The notes under the pieces are model-generated. The model did no database searches. It was not told the DNA's origin and was given only the letters and a program-made list of their open reading frames with translations. DNA of 64,000 bases from Candidatus Babelota bacterium (lineage in GTDB: Bacteria; Babelota; Babeliae; Babelales; Vermiphilaceae): assembly GCA_004375875.1 (NCBI GenBank), contig SOKE01000016.1, positions 4,423-68,422 of the forward strand, in the 5' to 3' direction. The translations under genes and the position numbers were made by a program. Positions 43,591 to 52,244 of the stretch are shown here, in pieces (position 1 is the first letter of the stretch; each line of letters opens with the position of its first letter).

Positions 43591-44337
43591 TTATATAGTT
43601 TGATAGCCATGTTTTTCAATTTGGCAAGCTAGCAGTATATCACCAGATTTAACGATTTTTCCATTCAACAATACCTGCACATAATCAGGTTTTATAGATT
43701 GTAAAATATGTCGATAATGGGTAATAATGACAATACTCATTGCTGGATTATTTCGCCGTACTTCCTGAATACTATTTGTTATAGAGATAAGCGAATCAAC
43801 ATCAACTCCAGAATCAATTTCATCTAAAATCGCTACTTTTGGATTAAATAAAAGCAGCTGTAGTAATTCAAGTCGCTTTTTTTCGCCACCCGAAAAACCA
43901 TCATAAAGAGATCGATTTAAAAATCTCTTATCCATGGCTACAATACCAAGCTTTGGAAACAAAAACTCTTGAAATCTATTGCTATCAATCAAGATCCCAG
44001 TATACGTCTGGTATACTTCCTTTAAAAACGAAAAAACTGTAAGACCAGAGATAACTGGAACTTGTTGAAATACAACAAAGAGTCCTTTACGTGCTCTTTT
44101 ATCGGGTGAACTTTTCGTTATATCTTCATCATTAAATGTAATAGCCCCTTTAGTAATTGTATAACGTGGATGTCCCGCAAGTGCATATGCAAGTGTGCTT
44201 TTACCAGAACCATTCGGCCCCATCAATGCATGTACACAGCCAGGTTCAATAATCAAGTCAATGCCATGCAAAATAGTCTTTTTATCAACTGCAACATGCA
44301 AATCAGAAATACACAACGAAGCCTTCATTTGATTCAT
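43591..44337 (-). CDS. sufC: Fe-S cluster assembly ATPase SufC
   Basis: Walker A GPNGSGKST, signature FSGGEKKR, Walker B ILDEIDSGVD. The likely start is the ATG at 44337 or 44328; the track ORF starts at 44364. Confidence 0.9.
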   Translation of the reverse strand: MNQMKASLCISDLHVAVDKKTILHGIDLIIEPGCVHALMGPNGSGKSTLAYALAGHPRYTITKGAITFNDEDITKSSPDKRARKGLFVVFQQVPVISGLTVFSFLKEVYQTYTGILIDSNRFQEFLFPKLGIVAMDKRFLNRSLYDGFSGGEKKRLELLQLLLFNPKVAILDEIDSGVDVDSLISITNSIQEVRRNNPAMSIVIITHYRHILQSIKPDYVQVLLNGKIVKSGDILLACQIEKHGYQTI

Positions 44338-44517
44338 TTTTTTATTCGTACCTCGCAGACACATTTAACTTTTCATAACTCGTATATAGATGAAAAGAAT
44401 CAAAAAATGTTTGCTTTTTGAAATTACACAACCATAATGCTGTATTTATGAATTGTTTCAAAACAATATCACATATGACAATCAATTATACCTAAAAAAA
44501 TTAAGTAAACCAGGAAA

Positions 44518-45690
44518 TTAGGAAATGGCTCGTATTAGTTCTTCTAATGTTATGATACCTTGTTGAACCTTTTGCGCTCCATCATACAACAATGACTGCA
44601 TACCATCTTTACATGCCTGTGCATAAATGGCGTCAAAAGAAGGATTCTGAACAATGAGAGAACGCAATTTATTTGTCATAGGAAGTAACTCAAAAATACC
44701 GGTTCGACCCTTATAACCAAGACCAAGGCATCTCTCACATCCTTTGCCTCTATAAAGAACTGGAATCTTAATGTCAAGACGATTCAAAATTGCCTGTTCT
44801 TGCTCAGTTGCTTTATATTCAACACGACATGATGGACATATAACACGTGCTAACCGCTGTGCAAGCACACCAGTAATTGAAGCATTAAGCAAAAAGGGTT
44901 TAACACCCACATCCATCAATCGTATAATAACACTTGGAGCATCATTCGTATGCACCGTGCTCAACACTAAATGACCGGTTAATGATGCCTCAATAGCAAT
45001 TTGCGCTGTTTCTTTATCGCGTATTTCACCAACAAGCACAATATCCGGATCTTGACGCAATAATGCCCGCATCCCACGTTCAAATGTAAATCCAGCTTCT
45101 GGATGAATCTGTCCCTGTGTAATACCATGCAGATTATATTCAATAGGATCTTCAAGCGTAATAATATTTTTTTCAGGAACATTCAATACCGAAAGCACTG
45201 CATAAAGCGTTGTTGTTTTTCCCGAGCCGGTTGGACCAACCACCAATAAAAAACCGCTTGATCGGTTAATCAATTGTTCAAACTGTTCACGCATTGCCGT
45301 TTGAAAGCCCAGCATATCAAGTGAAAGCATATTTTGTGAACGATCGAGAATACGAATAACAACCTTTTCGCCATAATAGGAAGGAAAAGTAGAAACACGC
45401 AGATCAATCTCCTTATGTTCATTAACAATACGAAACTTCCCATCTTGCGGTATTCGTTTTTCTGCAATATTAATGTTACTGAGAACTTTTATACGTGAAA
45501 TAACCTGTTTCATAACCGAAGCAGGTAATGATTCTTGATCGTACAGAAGACCGTCTAATCTAAAGCGGACACGTAAATTCTGCTCTGTAGGCTCAAGATG
45601 AATATCAGATGCATTGTATGCTATAGCCTGACATAAGAGCTTATCAACAATCCGTATAACAGTTTCTTCCTGTTCAACTGAGCTTCCCAT
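44518..45690 (-). CDS. pilB: GspE/PilB-family secretion/pilus assembly ATPase, core only (no N-terminal T2SSE_N domain)
   Basis: Walker A GPTGSGKTTT, Asp box, Walker B VGEIRD, His box TGHLVLSTVHTND, and a tetracysteine CPSC...CERC typical of PilB/GspE rather than PilT. Confidence 0.85.
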   Translation of the reverse strand: MGSSVEQEETVIRIVDKLLCQAIAYNASDIHLEPTEQNLRVRFRLDGLLYDQESLPASVMKQVISRIKVLSNINIAEKRIPQDGKFRIVNEHKEIDLRVSTFPSYYGEKVVIRILDRSQNMLSLDMLGFQTAMREQFEQLINRSSGFLLVVGPTGSGKTTTLYAVLSVLNVPEKNIITLEDPIEYNLHGITQGQIHPEAGFTFERGMRALLRQDPDIVLVGEIRDKETAQIAIEASLTGHLVLSTVHTNDAPSVIIRLMDVGVKPFLLNASITGVLAQRLARVICPSCRVEYKATEQEQAILNRLDIKIPVLYRGKGCERCLGLGYKGRTGIFELLPMTNKLRSLIVQNPSFDAIYAQACKDGMQSLLYDGAQKVQQGIITLEELIRAIS

Positions 45691-45717
45691 TTCTAATGCC
45701 TAGCCTTGCTGTATAAT

Positions 45718-46287
45718 TTATTCTTCTTCACCTGGCTCCTCTAACCCTTCTGGAGAATATCCTTCTTCACGAGTAGCTATACGATATATATCGTCTTCAT
45801 CAATATCATAAATAGCTAAATCTTCCGGAACTTCTGTATCTGATTTATCATAAAATTCCCGAATAGCAGCAATGATATCCCGTTTAATGGAAACGCGAAA
45901 TTGAATACCATATGAAACATATTTGCCAACGATGGAAAGCAGTTCAGGATTATCCGGTTCACCTGCAGATATAACCATAAAATTCTGATCTACTTCAAGT
46001 GGAATAAAGGTATTACGAAGCATTACCCCCTTTGGAAATTTCCTCACCAAAAAAGTTTGGAAAAAGTAGCCAGATAAATCGATTGCAGGTGTTTTGTAAT
46101 ATTCGCTTAATGCTTTGAGCAGATCTTTCCTATCAATCAATCCTTCATCAAGAAGAAATTCATCAAATGTTTCCTGTGATGCCTCTTTAAAAGCCTTTTG
46201 CAATGACTTTACTTCATGTTCCGAAAAAATACCATGTCTTAATAAAATTGAGGAAAGATCATGAACGAAAGTTTCCTTTTTGTCCAT
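45718..46287 (-). CDS. Stand-alone T2SSE_N (GspE/PilB N-terminal, MshEN-like) domain protein with an acidic tail
   Basis: LLDEGLIDRKDLLKALSEYYKTPAIDLSGYFFQTFLVRKFPKGVMLRNTFIPLEVDQNFMVISAGEPDNPELLSIV matches the N-terminal domain normally fused to PilB/GspE. Confidence 0.65.
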   Translation of the reverse strand: MDKKETFVHDLSSILLRHGIFSEHEVKSLQKAFKEASQETFDEFLLDEGLIDRKDLLKALSEYYKTPAIDLSGYFFQTFLVRKFPKGVMLRNTFIPLEVDQNFMVISAGEPDNPELLSIVGKYVSYGIQFRVSIKRDIIAAIREFYDKSDTEVPEDLAIYDIDEDDIYRIATREEGYSPEGLEEPGEEE

Positions 46288-46299
46288 ACAGGATCCTTT

Positions 46300-46689
46300 T
46301 TATCCAAGCCTGAGACCAATCAGTAATCCAATCGAGAAACTCAATACCAACGCCATGTTAAGTTTGATCCATTCCCAATAAATCATCAACACATTTGTGT
46401 CAAGCGTTACTGTCTGCTGAATTCCAAAAAGTTCCTGCATCTTAACCGGATTAACAGTTATAGTTATCACTTCAAACTGATGCAAAATAAACAAACCTAC
46501 AATGCTCAGCACAACTACAAATACATAACCCGCACAACGCCTAAGCAAAAAACCGGTGAGAAACCCTATACCAAGATACATACCAATCTCGATAAGACGA
46601 TTGGTAGAAATATTTAGCTTATCAATATTAAGTTTCTTGATCAGCATATTAAACCAACCAACTTCTACAGGGACTTCTTTTCCAATCAT
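46300..46689 (-). CDS. Small integral membrane protein (FUN14-like?)
   Basis: Three predicted TM helices; the family assignment is by weak resemblance only. Confidence 0.3.
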   Translation of the reverse strand: MIGKEVPVEVGWFNMLIKKLNIDKLNISTNRLIEIGMYLGIGFLTGFLLRRCAGYVFVVVLSIVGLFILHQFEVITITVNPVKMQELFGIQQTVTLDTNVLMIYWEWIKLNMALVLSFSIGLLIGLRLG

Positions 46690-46823
46690 ACATCCTCCTT
46701 TAGTTATATATACTTCAAATAAGAGATTTTTTAAAAAGTATAGTGCTTTTCATCATGCAGAAGCAAGAAAAATCGACTCAATAGTCTTGCTGCTACCAAA
46801 GAAAAATAAAATTATATTTATAC

Positions 46824-46853
46824 AAAAAAAGAGAGGCGTTTTAACGCCTCTCT
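46824..46853 (-). terminator. Rho-independent terminator downstream of hup
   Basis: On the minus strand: AGAGAGGCG, a 6-nt loop, CGCCTCTCT (9-bp GC-rich stem), then TTTTTTT. It lies 33 nt after the hup stop. Confidence 0.75.
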
Positions 46854-46885
46854 TATGTTAATAATCAATTTAGATCTTTACTACC

Positions 46886-47158
46886 TTACTTTACCAACTG
46901 CTTAAGTGCCTTTCCCGCTTTGAATTTTGGAACCTTCTTAGCAGGGATTTGCATCCTTCTACCAGTAGCAGGATTAATACCTACCCTACTCTTTCTCCTC
47001 ATAACACTGAAGGTACCAAAACCAGTTAATACAACTGGTTTATTTTGCTTCAAGGCGGCACCTACTGTTGCAATAAAGGCTTCCAAGCAATCCTTGCAAG
47101 TTGACTTAGGCAATTTGGTAACCTTTGCCATATGTTCAACTAACTTTGCTTTGTTCAT
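46886..47158 (-). CDS. hup: Nucleoid-associated DNA-binding protein HU
   Basis: 90 aa; MNKAKLVEHMA...VVLTGFGTFSVMRRKSRVGINPATGRRMQIPAKKVPKFKAGKALK. Confidence 0.9.
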   Translation of the reverse strand: MNKAKLVEHMAKVTKLPKSTCKDCLEAFIATVGAALKQNKPVVLTGFGTFSVMRRKSRVGINPATGRRMQIPAKKVPKFKAGKALKQLVK

Positions 47159-47223
47159 GCAAACATCCTTAATTGTTTTTACAAAAAGTTAGTTAAGCAA
47201 ATAAAAAAACGAGTACTAAAAGA

Positions 47224-47251
47224 ACAATAGCGCACATGAAAGATTTGTCAA
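47224..47251 (-). promoter_or_regulatory. Candidate sigma70-type promoter for hup
   Basis: On the minus strand: TTGACA (47251-47246), a 16 nt spacer, then TATTGT (47229-47224), about 65 nt upstream of the hup ATG. Confidence 0.4.
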
Positions 47252-47272
47252 GTTTTTTATCTTAGAAAGAAC

Positions 47273-47360
47273 TGGTGCCGAGAGCCGGACTCGAACCGGC
47301 ACAGGCAAAAAGCCCGAAGGATTTTAAGTCCTTTGCGTCTACCTATTCCGCCACCTCGGC
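47273..47360 (-). tRNA. tRNA-Leu (anticodon TAA), long variable arm, CCA encoded
   Basis: The reverse complement is GCCGAGGTGGCGGAATAGGTAGACGCAAAGGACTTAAAATCCTTCGGGCTTTTTGCCTGTGCCGGTTCGAGTCCGGCTCTCGGCACCA. Confidence 0.9.
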
Positions 47361-47382
47361 AAACTTATTTCAAAAACCAAAT

Positions 47383-47456
47383 TGGAGGCGGCACCCGGAT
47401 TCGAACCGGGGATCAAGGTTTTGCAGACCCATGCCTTACCACTTGGCTATGCCGCC
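47383..47456 (-). tRNA. tRNA-Cys (anticodon GCA), CCA encoded
   Basis: The reverse complement is GGCGGCATAGCCAAGTGGTAAGGCATGGGTCTGCAAAACCTTGATCCCCGGTTCGAATCCGGGTGCCGCCTCCA. Confidence 0.9.
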
Positions 47457-47588
47457 AGATTATCTATTTTTATCCTGAATTTACTAGAAAAATAACGCAC
47501 TTTAAATCTATCATAAATCCCCTAATCTGCAACCTTTTAACCTTAGTTTTCGCTATCCAAAAGAAAAACTTCAAGAAAAAATTATAAT

Positions 47589-48590
47589 CTATTTAACCCG
47601 TTGGAAAAAGCGGTTCCATCGAACTCTCTTCCAAAAATCGGTAGGATGCCTGATAATATCAACAATCCACCATGATTCAGTACTATCAACTGACCATATT
47701 CTATAAAGTATTTTACCATGAATCAGACTGCCTTTAACCGGGCCAAAAAAGCGTGAGTCATAACTGCCACGTCTATTATCGCCCATCAACCAATATTCAT
47801 TGGCGCCAAGTTCAACATAGAATTCATCAGATCCACTCCAGTAATTATTACCTCTTCGTGTAATTTTATTTTGCCGTTGGTAGCTAGGAGTATAAGGATA
47901 ACACAACAACGGATTGCCATTCTGCCCAAGTACAGGCTCACCATAAACATTAGTCTTAACCAAAGAGGCAATACTCATACGATAAAATGGCTGTTTATTA
48001 TATGGAACCGAAGAATCGTAGGAACGCAAATCATAATACTTACCCATTGTCTGCGATGCAACCTTTTCAAGCAATGCTTGATTCGTACTATTTCCTATAA
48101 GCTGGATTACTTCGTTTCGCAATAGCGCATGCAATTTGAGCGGATCAACCTTCCAAATCCCAATGAGTGGATATTTATTAATATATGCCTCATCCAGTTT
48201 CTTACCATTGAGGTAGACAACAGGAATATTATTTTCGATAACTCCCTTAACAATATCACCAGGACTCCCTATTACTCGTTTTGTCCAATTAGATGGCCCC
48301 CATACATAATGCTGCCAAAGTTTTACTATTAAATTATCCGAATAAGCATAGGTCGGATCATTGAAGGAGATAATATTCCCATGCTTTGGCCTAGTGAAGA
48401 GAATTGTTAATTTATCGGCAAAAAAACGTTCTCCTACCAACATGGTTGTTTCCATTGAACCAGTTGGTACTTGATAAAGGCCAAAACCAAAGGTTCTAAT
48501 AAGAAAAATTATCAGCAAAAGACCAATGATCTCACGAACACTGTCAGAAAAAAAACCATTTACTATTGCAGCTATACGCCTTCTTATCAT
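47589..48590 (-). CDS. lepB: Signal peptidase I
   Basis: Catalytic Ser box PTGSMETTM, Lys box, and GDNRRGSYDSRFFGPV. The start is revised to the ATG at 48590 (the track TTG is at 48608). Confidence 0.85.
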   Translation of the reverse strand: MIRRRIAAIVNGFFSDSVREIIGLLLIIFLIRTFGFGLYQVPTGSMETTMLVGERFFADKLTILFTRPKHGNIISFNDPTYAYSDNLIVKLWQHYVWGPSNWTKRVIGSPGDIVKGVIENNIPVVYLNGKKLDEAYINKYPLIGIWKVDPLKLHALLRNEVIQLIGNSTNQALLEKVASQTMGKYYDLRSYDSSVPYNKQPFYRMSIASLVKTNVYGEPVLGQNGNPLLCYPYTPSYQRQNKITRRGNNYWSGSDEFYVELGANEYWLMGDNRRGSYDSRFFGPVKGSLIHGKILYRIWSVDSTESWWIVDIIRHPTDFWKRVRWNRFFQRVK

Positions 48591-48736
48591 AGTCAATCCT
48601 TTTTGCAATTCACCTTGAATAATAACTGATTATATCACTATCTCTTTAAAAAGACTATCGCAAATATACATTTATCAGCGTACTAGAACTACACAAGAAA
48701 CCTATAAGTTCTGTCCGTTTATTTACCATTACTCTA

Positions 48737-49444
48737 TTAGGCCGTTAGAAAATATAAAGGGTTTACTGGACGATTAAAGGAATAGACTTCAAAATGCAAA
48801 TGAGAGCCATCCTCTCCTTCAGTTCTGACATTTCCTGTTGAACCAACCAATCCAATAATTGTATCACCTTTCACTTTTTGACCCGCACAAACGCATATTT
48901 TGTCAAGGTGAGCATAGCGAGTCTTATATTTTCGGGTGTGAGCAATAAGAATTGTTTTTCCATACCCTCTTGCATATCGTGCTTCTATGACAATCCCAGA
49001 TGCAGCTGCTTTAACTGGAGTGCCACGAAATGCAGCCATATCCAGGCCATGATGAAAACCAGACAAACCATTCAACTTAGGTCGTGGTCCAAAAAGTGAA
49101 CTCAACCAACACTTAGAACGCTCGACTGGCCACAAAAACACAATATCAGAAGAAAGTGACATGTGATGGATATTTTTCTTCTTTCTACTTCTAATAGGTA
49201 ATACGCTACGCCGTTTATTTGGCTGAATATACCTACAAGGAATCCCTTGTGTAAGCACATCTGTATATTCAAGAAATTCATCGTCTGAAATACGAAGTAC
49301 AAAGGCACTACCATATTCCTGTGTAATAAAATTACGAGCAGCCTTTCGCAAATACAGAAGTTCTCGATTAACCACTACAAAGCTCTCATCCTGCTTACTC
49401 CTTTCAGATAAGAAATCTAAAAGGCTCAGTTCTATATCGATCAA
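48737..49444 (-). CDS. M23-family (LytM-type) metallopeptidase
   Basis: HHGLDMAA, GYGKTILIAH, GLVGSTGN, GSHLHFEV. The TTG start overlaps the upstream stop (TTGA). Confidence 0.8.
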   Translation of the reverse strand: MIDIELSLLDFLSERSKQDESFVVVNRELLYLRKAARNFITQEYGSAFVLRISDDEFLEYTDVLTQGIPCRYIQPNKRRSVLPIRSRKKKNIHHMSLSSDIVFLWPVERSKCWLSSLFGPRPKLNGLSGFHHGLDMAAFRGTPVKAAASGIVIEARYARGYGKTILIAHTRKYKTRYAHLDKICVCAGQKVKGDTIIGLVGSTGNVRTEGEDGSHLHFEVYSFNRPVNPLYFLTA

Positions 49445-49725
49445 CTCCTTATTTTCTCTATATTTTTCGTTTTTTTTTTCTTTTCTAAATAGTTCTCAAG
49501 AAGATCGAGCCGTTCTTTTGTCTTATTATAATCGTGTAAAATCTTTTTCAGTGCTGCAGTATAATTACGATAATCTTCTTTGATACTACATAATTCTTTT
49601 GCATTTGTATGAAAATAATGACATTCAAATATAAGAAAAACAACAAAAGTTCCCAGCAAAGTCATACCAGAAGCAATTAATAAATAGATATATAAATAGG
49701 CACTAGTAAGTTTCTTAATAGCCAT
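49441..49725 (-). CDS. Small membrane-anchored coiled-coil protein
   Basis: One TM helix plus a charged helical tail. It is translationally coupled to the M23 peptidase gene. No family recognised. Confidence 0.4.
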   Translation of the reverse strand: MAIKKLTSAYLYIYLLIASGMTLLGTFVVFLIFECHYFHTNAKELCSIKEDYRNYTAALKKILHDYNKTKERLDLLENYLEKKKKTKNIEKIRS

Positions 49726-49743
49726 ATTCCATCATCAAAATTT

Positions 49744-50484
49744 TTAAATTATAGCTACGTGTTCAAGAAATATCCAGCCAATAAGGCCTCGTTCTTGTAT
49801 TTTCAACCATCTCTCTTGCTGTTCACAAATAGTAACTTCCGTAGCCCGAGCAAAAGAACCAAGTTTATGAAATTCCTTATCTGGTCCAGCATATACAATA
49901 AGATCATTTTCAATAACTATTCCATACCGTGTAGTATCTATCTCATACTTAAGGTATAAAGCACCGGTAAAAAGTATAGTAATGAGACATAATACGCTGA
50001 GAATAAAATAATTATGGTTACGAACAAGCTGCGCCACCAAAAACAAAAGTAATACCCATACAAGCAAAAAAATCAGTTGCCACCCATAGAGAGAAAAGAA
50101 TGAAAGATAACGTTGAGCAAAACGATATAAGGATGTTTTAAATCTATTTGACAGCTGTATTCCCAAAACTTTATAAACTTGATCAAGATTATGATGTATA
50201 ACAGACAGCTCATACCATGTCGCATCCCTCTCCGCTCTACGCCAACAAATAAGCGCATCAAGATAATTGCCAAGCTTATAATAACAATTACCCATATTAT
50301 ACCAGGTTGCTGAGCCTTTTTTTTCAATAGATCCGTACAATTCTAGTGCTTGATCAATATTCTGCTGTTCATATAATTTATGTGCTCGCAGTACTATTTC
50401 TTCTACATCACGTGAACATAATCCAAACACAACAAATAGTACAAAACCAATTAGCAAATAATATACTTTCATGATATTTATCAT
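49744..50484 (-). CDS. batE: BatE-like protein (TPR + TM + C-terminal SH3b-like domain)
   Basis: TPR unit ALELYGSIEKKGSATWYNMGNCYYKLGNYLDALICWRRAE and a C-terminal beta-rich ...RWLKIQERGLIGWIFLEHV. It is the last gene of the bat cluster and has an ATGA overlap with batD. Confidence 0.55.
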   Translation of the reverse strand: MINIMKVYYLLIGFVLFVVFGLCSRDVEEIVLRAHKLYEQQNIDQALELYGSIEKKGSATWYNMGNCYYKLGNYLDALICWRRAERDATWYELSVIHHNLDQVYKVLGIQLSNRFKTSLYRFAQRYLSFFSLYGWQLIFLLVWVLLLFLVAQLVRNHNYFILSVLCLITILFTGALYLKYEIDTTRYGIVIENDLIVYAGPDKEFHKLGSFARATEVTICEQQERWLKIQERGLIGWIFLEHVAII

Positions 50485-52244
50485 ATCACCTTTTTTAACC
50501 TATTTAACCATCTTCGTGCCTGCTCAAACAACTCTTTTTCTACTCCACGCTGTTTCTGGACTCCATAGACCAGTTCCGTGAGAGTTGAAAAAAAATGACT
50601 AAAAGCAGTAATCTGATCTTCCGACCAGCTCGTTTCTGACAATTTCTGTTCAATGTATGCCTGCGAAATAGAAGTTGCAGGAAGTTGTAATCTCACTGCA
50701 AACAAATTTACAAACAGGTGATAGAGCTGTACAATGTCATTGGCTGCCAAAGCCACCTTCAGTTGTTTACCAACAATAATAAATGCACGTTTTCGTCGCA
50801 ATGAAGATGCATAACGTATATTGAAATATGCCATTGCATGTTTAATACTATATATAAAAAGACACAAAAAAGGAAGTATAAGCAACAAAAAAAACCAATA
50901 CCATGACATTGGATAATTATCACGACGATACCAGGCACCATCCTTGTTGAGCGGTCGAAGATTATCATTATCTTCTAAATTATCTTTATTCTTTTGAACA
51001 TGCTTATCATTTTGTTGATTTTGTTGATCTGGCTTAGTCAGATTGGATGATTTAAGATGACTTGTATTCTGCGGCATAATTGTTATACATAATGGCACTG
51101 TTTTGAGCGTTTTATATGACTTAGATTTTATATCAAAATAGGCAAATTTTTGCGCAGGAATCTCCCAATTTCCTGATTCAAACCCTTGCACAATATACTC
51201 AAAACATTTAGCTGGATTTCCATCACTAGTATCCATACAATAGTTCTTAGAATCATAACACTTAAATACTGGTGGAATCCCTTGCAACTCAGGAATATTG
51301 ATAGAATCAAAATTTCCTTCTCCGCTTAGAATCAACGAAAGCACCATTCCTTCACCTTCTTTTGCGACAGATGGATCAATTTTCGCGCTAAAAGTGTTAA
51401 ACGCTCCTATTGCACTGATAGGGGGATCATGCTCCGGCAATGGAAATATAGATATACGTACAGCATTCGAATAAATAGATTTTCTGATACTACGCTGTCC
51501 AAAAAAGAACGAAAACGCTGTAAATTTATCACGCCGTGACGGTACAAAAAAGTCTGCACAATAAGCAGGAATTGTAATATCACCAGAACATTTTGGATAT
51601 AATTCAAAACACCACTCCAATACATTATATTCTGTCCCGTCAAAAGTTCGCACACCAGTTACAGGACCCGTTTTACTTGTTATTGCAAAATCATTAAATT
51701 CTGGTTCAATTATTCGTTCTAATGAAATGATATTATCAGAATACAAAAACTGCACAGAAACTTTAATTTTTTCACCAATAAAAGCTTCTTTTTTATCAAG
51801 CTTTAAAATTAAAAGCACCGGTGATGCGTGCTGACGCTTTTTGGTACGCACCCCTTGTGCTACTTGTCGCTCTCCTACAGACAATTTCACCGTATCAGAA
51901 CGCAGGTAATCACCATCCAGATACAAGGTAGCAGGCCCTATAAGATAATCACCTGGAATATCGATACGCACTTTATATAAATGCTTTACACTCGAATTGC
52001 CATTGATTGAACGAATTTGTATACCTGCATTACGTATATTAAATGAATCAACTCCTTCAATTTTAGGAGCATTTGTAGATTTAATATCAGGAATGGTAAC
52101 TTCAATTAAAAAGGGCTCCCCCGTAGCAGCCCGAGAAAGAGGTGCACCATCCATAGTTGTAAGATGAAGCTCAATGCCTGCATAAAGTGGCATATATATT
52201 AAGAATAAATGTATAAGAATACTACCAACAATTTTGTCCTTCAT
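50481..52244 (-). CDS. batD: BatD-like oxygen-tolerance family protein
   Basis: Signal peptide, long beta-rich ectodomain, a TM near residue ~450 (WYWFFLLLILPFLCLFIY) and a helical C-terminus. The ~590 aa length and position match BatD. Confidence 0.55.
   Translation of the reverse strand: MKDKIVGSILIHLFLIYMPLYAGIELHLTTMDGAPLSRAATGEPFLIEVTIPDIKSTNAPKIEGVDSFNIRNAGIQIRSINGNSSVKHLYKVRIDIPGDYLIGPATLYLDGDYLRSDTVKLSVGERQVAQGVRTKKRQHASPVLLILKLDKKEAFIGEKIKVSVQFLYSDNIISLERIIEPEFNDFAITSKTGPVTGVRTFDGTEYNVLEWCFELYPKCSGDITIPAYCADFFVPSRRDKFTAFSFFFGQRSIRKSIYSNAVRISIFPLPEHDPPISAIGAFNTFSAKIDPSVAKEGEGMVLSLILSGEGNFDSINIPELQGIPPVFKCYDSKNYCMDTSDGNPAKCFEYIVQGFESGNWEIPAQKFAYFDIKSKSYKTLKTVPLCITIMPQNTSHLKSSNLTKPDQQNQQNDKHVQKNKDNLEDNDNLRPLNKDGAWYRRDNYPMSWYWFFLLLILPFLCLFIYSIKHAMAYFNIRYASSLRRKRAFIIVGKQLKVALAANDIVQLYHLFVNLFAVRLQLPATSISQAYIEQKLSETSWSEDQITAFSHFFSTLTELVYGVQKQRGVEKELFEQARRWLNRLKKVI

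Noticed and set aside
45691-45717. pilB as a pseudogene created by a single nonsense or sequencing error
   Set aside because: The 27-nt linker contains two in-frame stops (TAA and TAG), and both flanking ORFs are intact with their own plausible ends. A genuine two-gene arrangement is more parsimonious, although an old pseudogenisation cannot be excluded without comparative data.
49470-49479. A10 homopolymer (T10 on the plus strand) near the 3' end of the small gene 49441..49725, as a phase-variation switch
   Set aside because: It simply encodes a KKKK run 12 codons before the stop. A single tract gives no evidence of variation. It is noted only as a possible sequencing-error hotspot.
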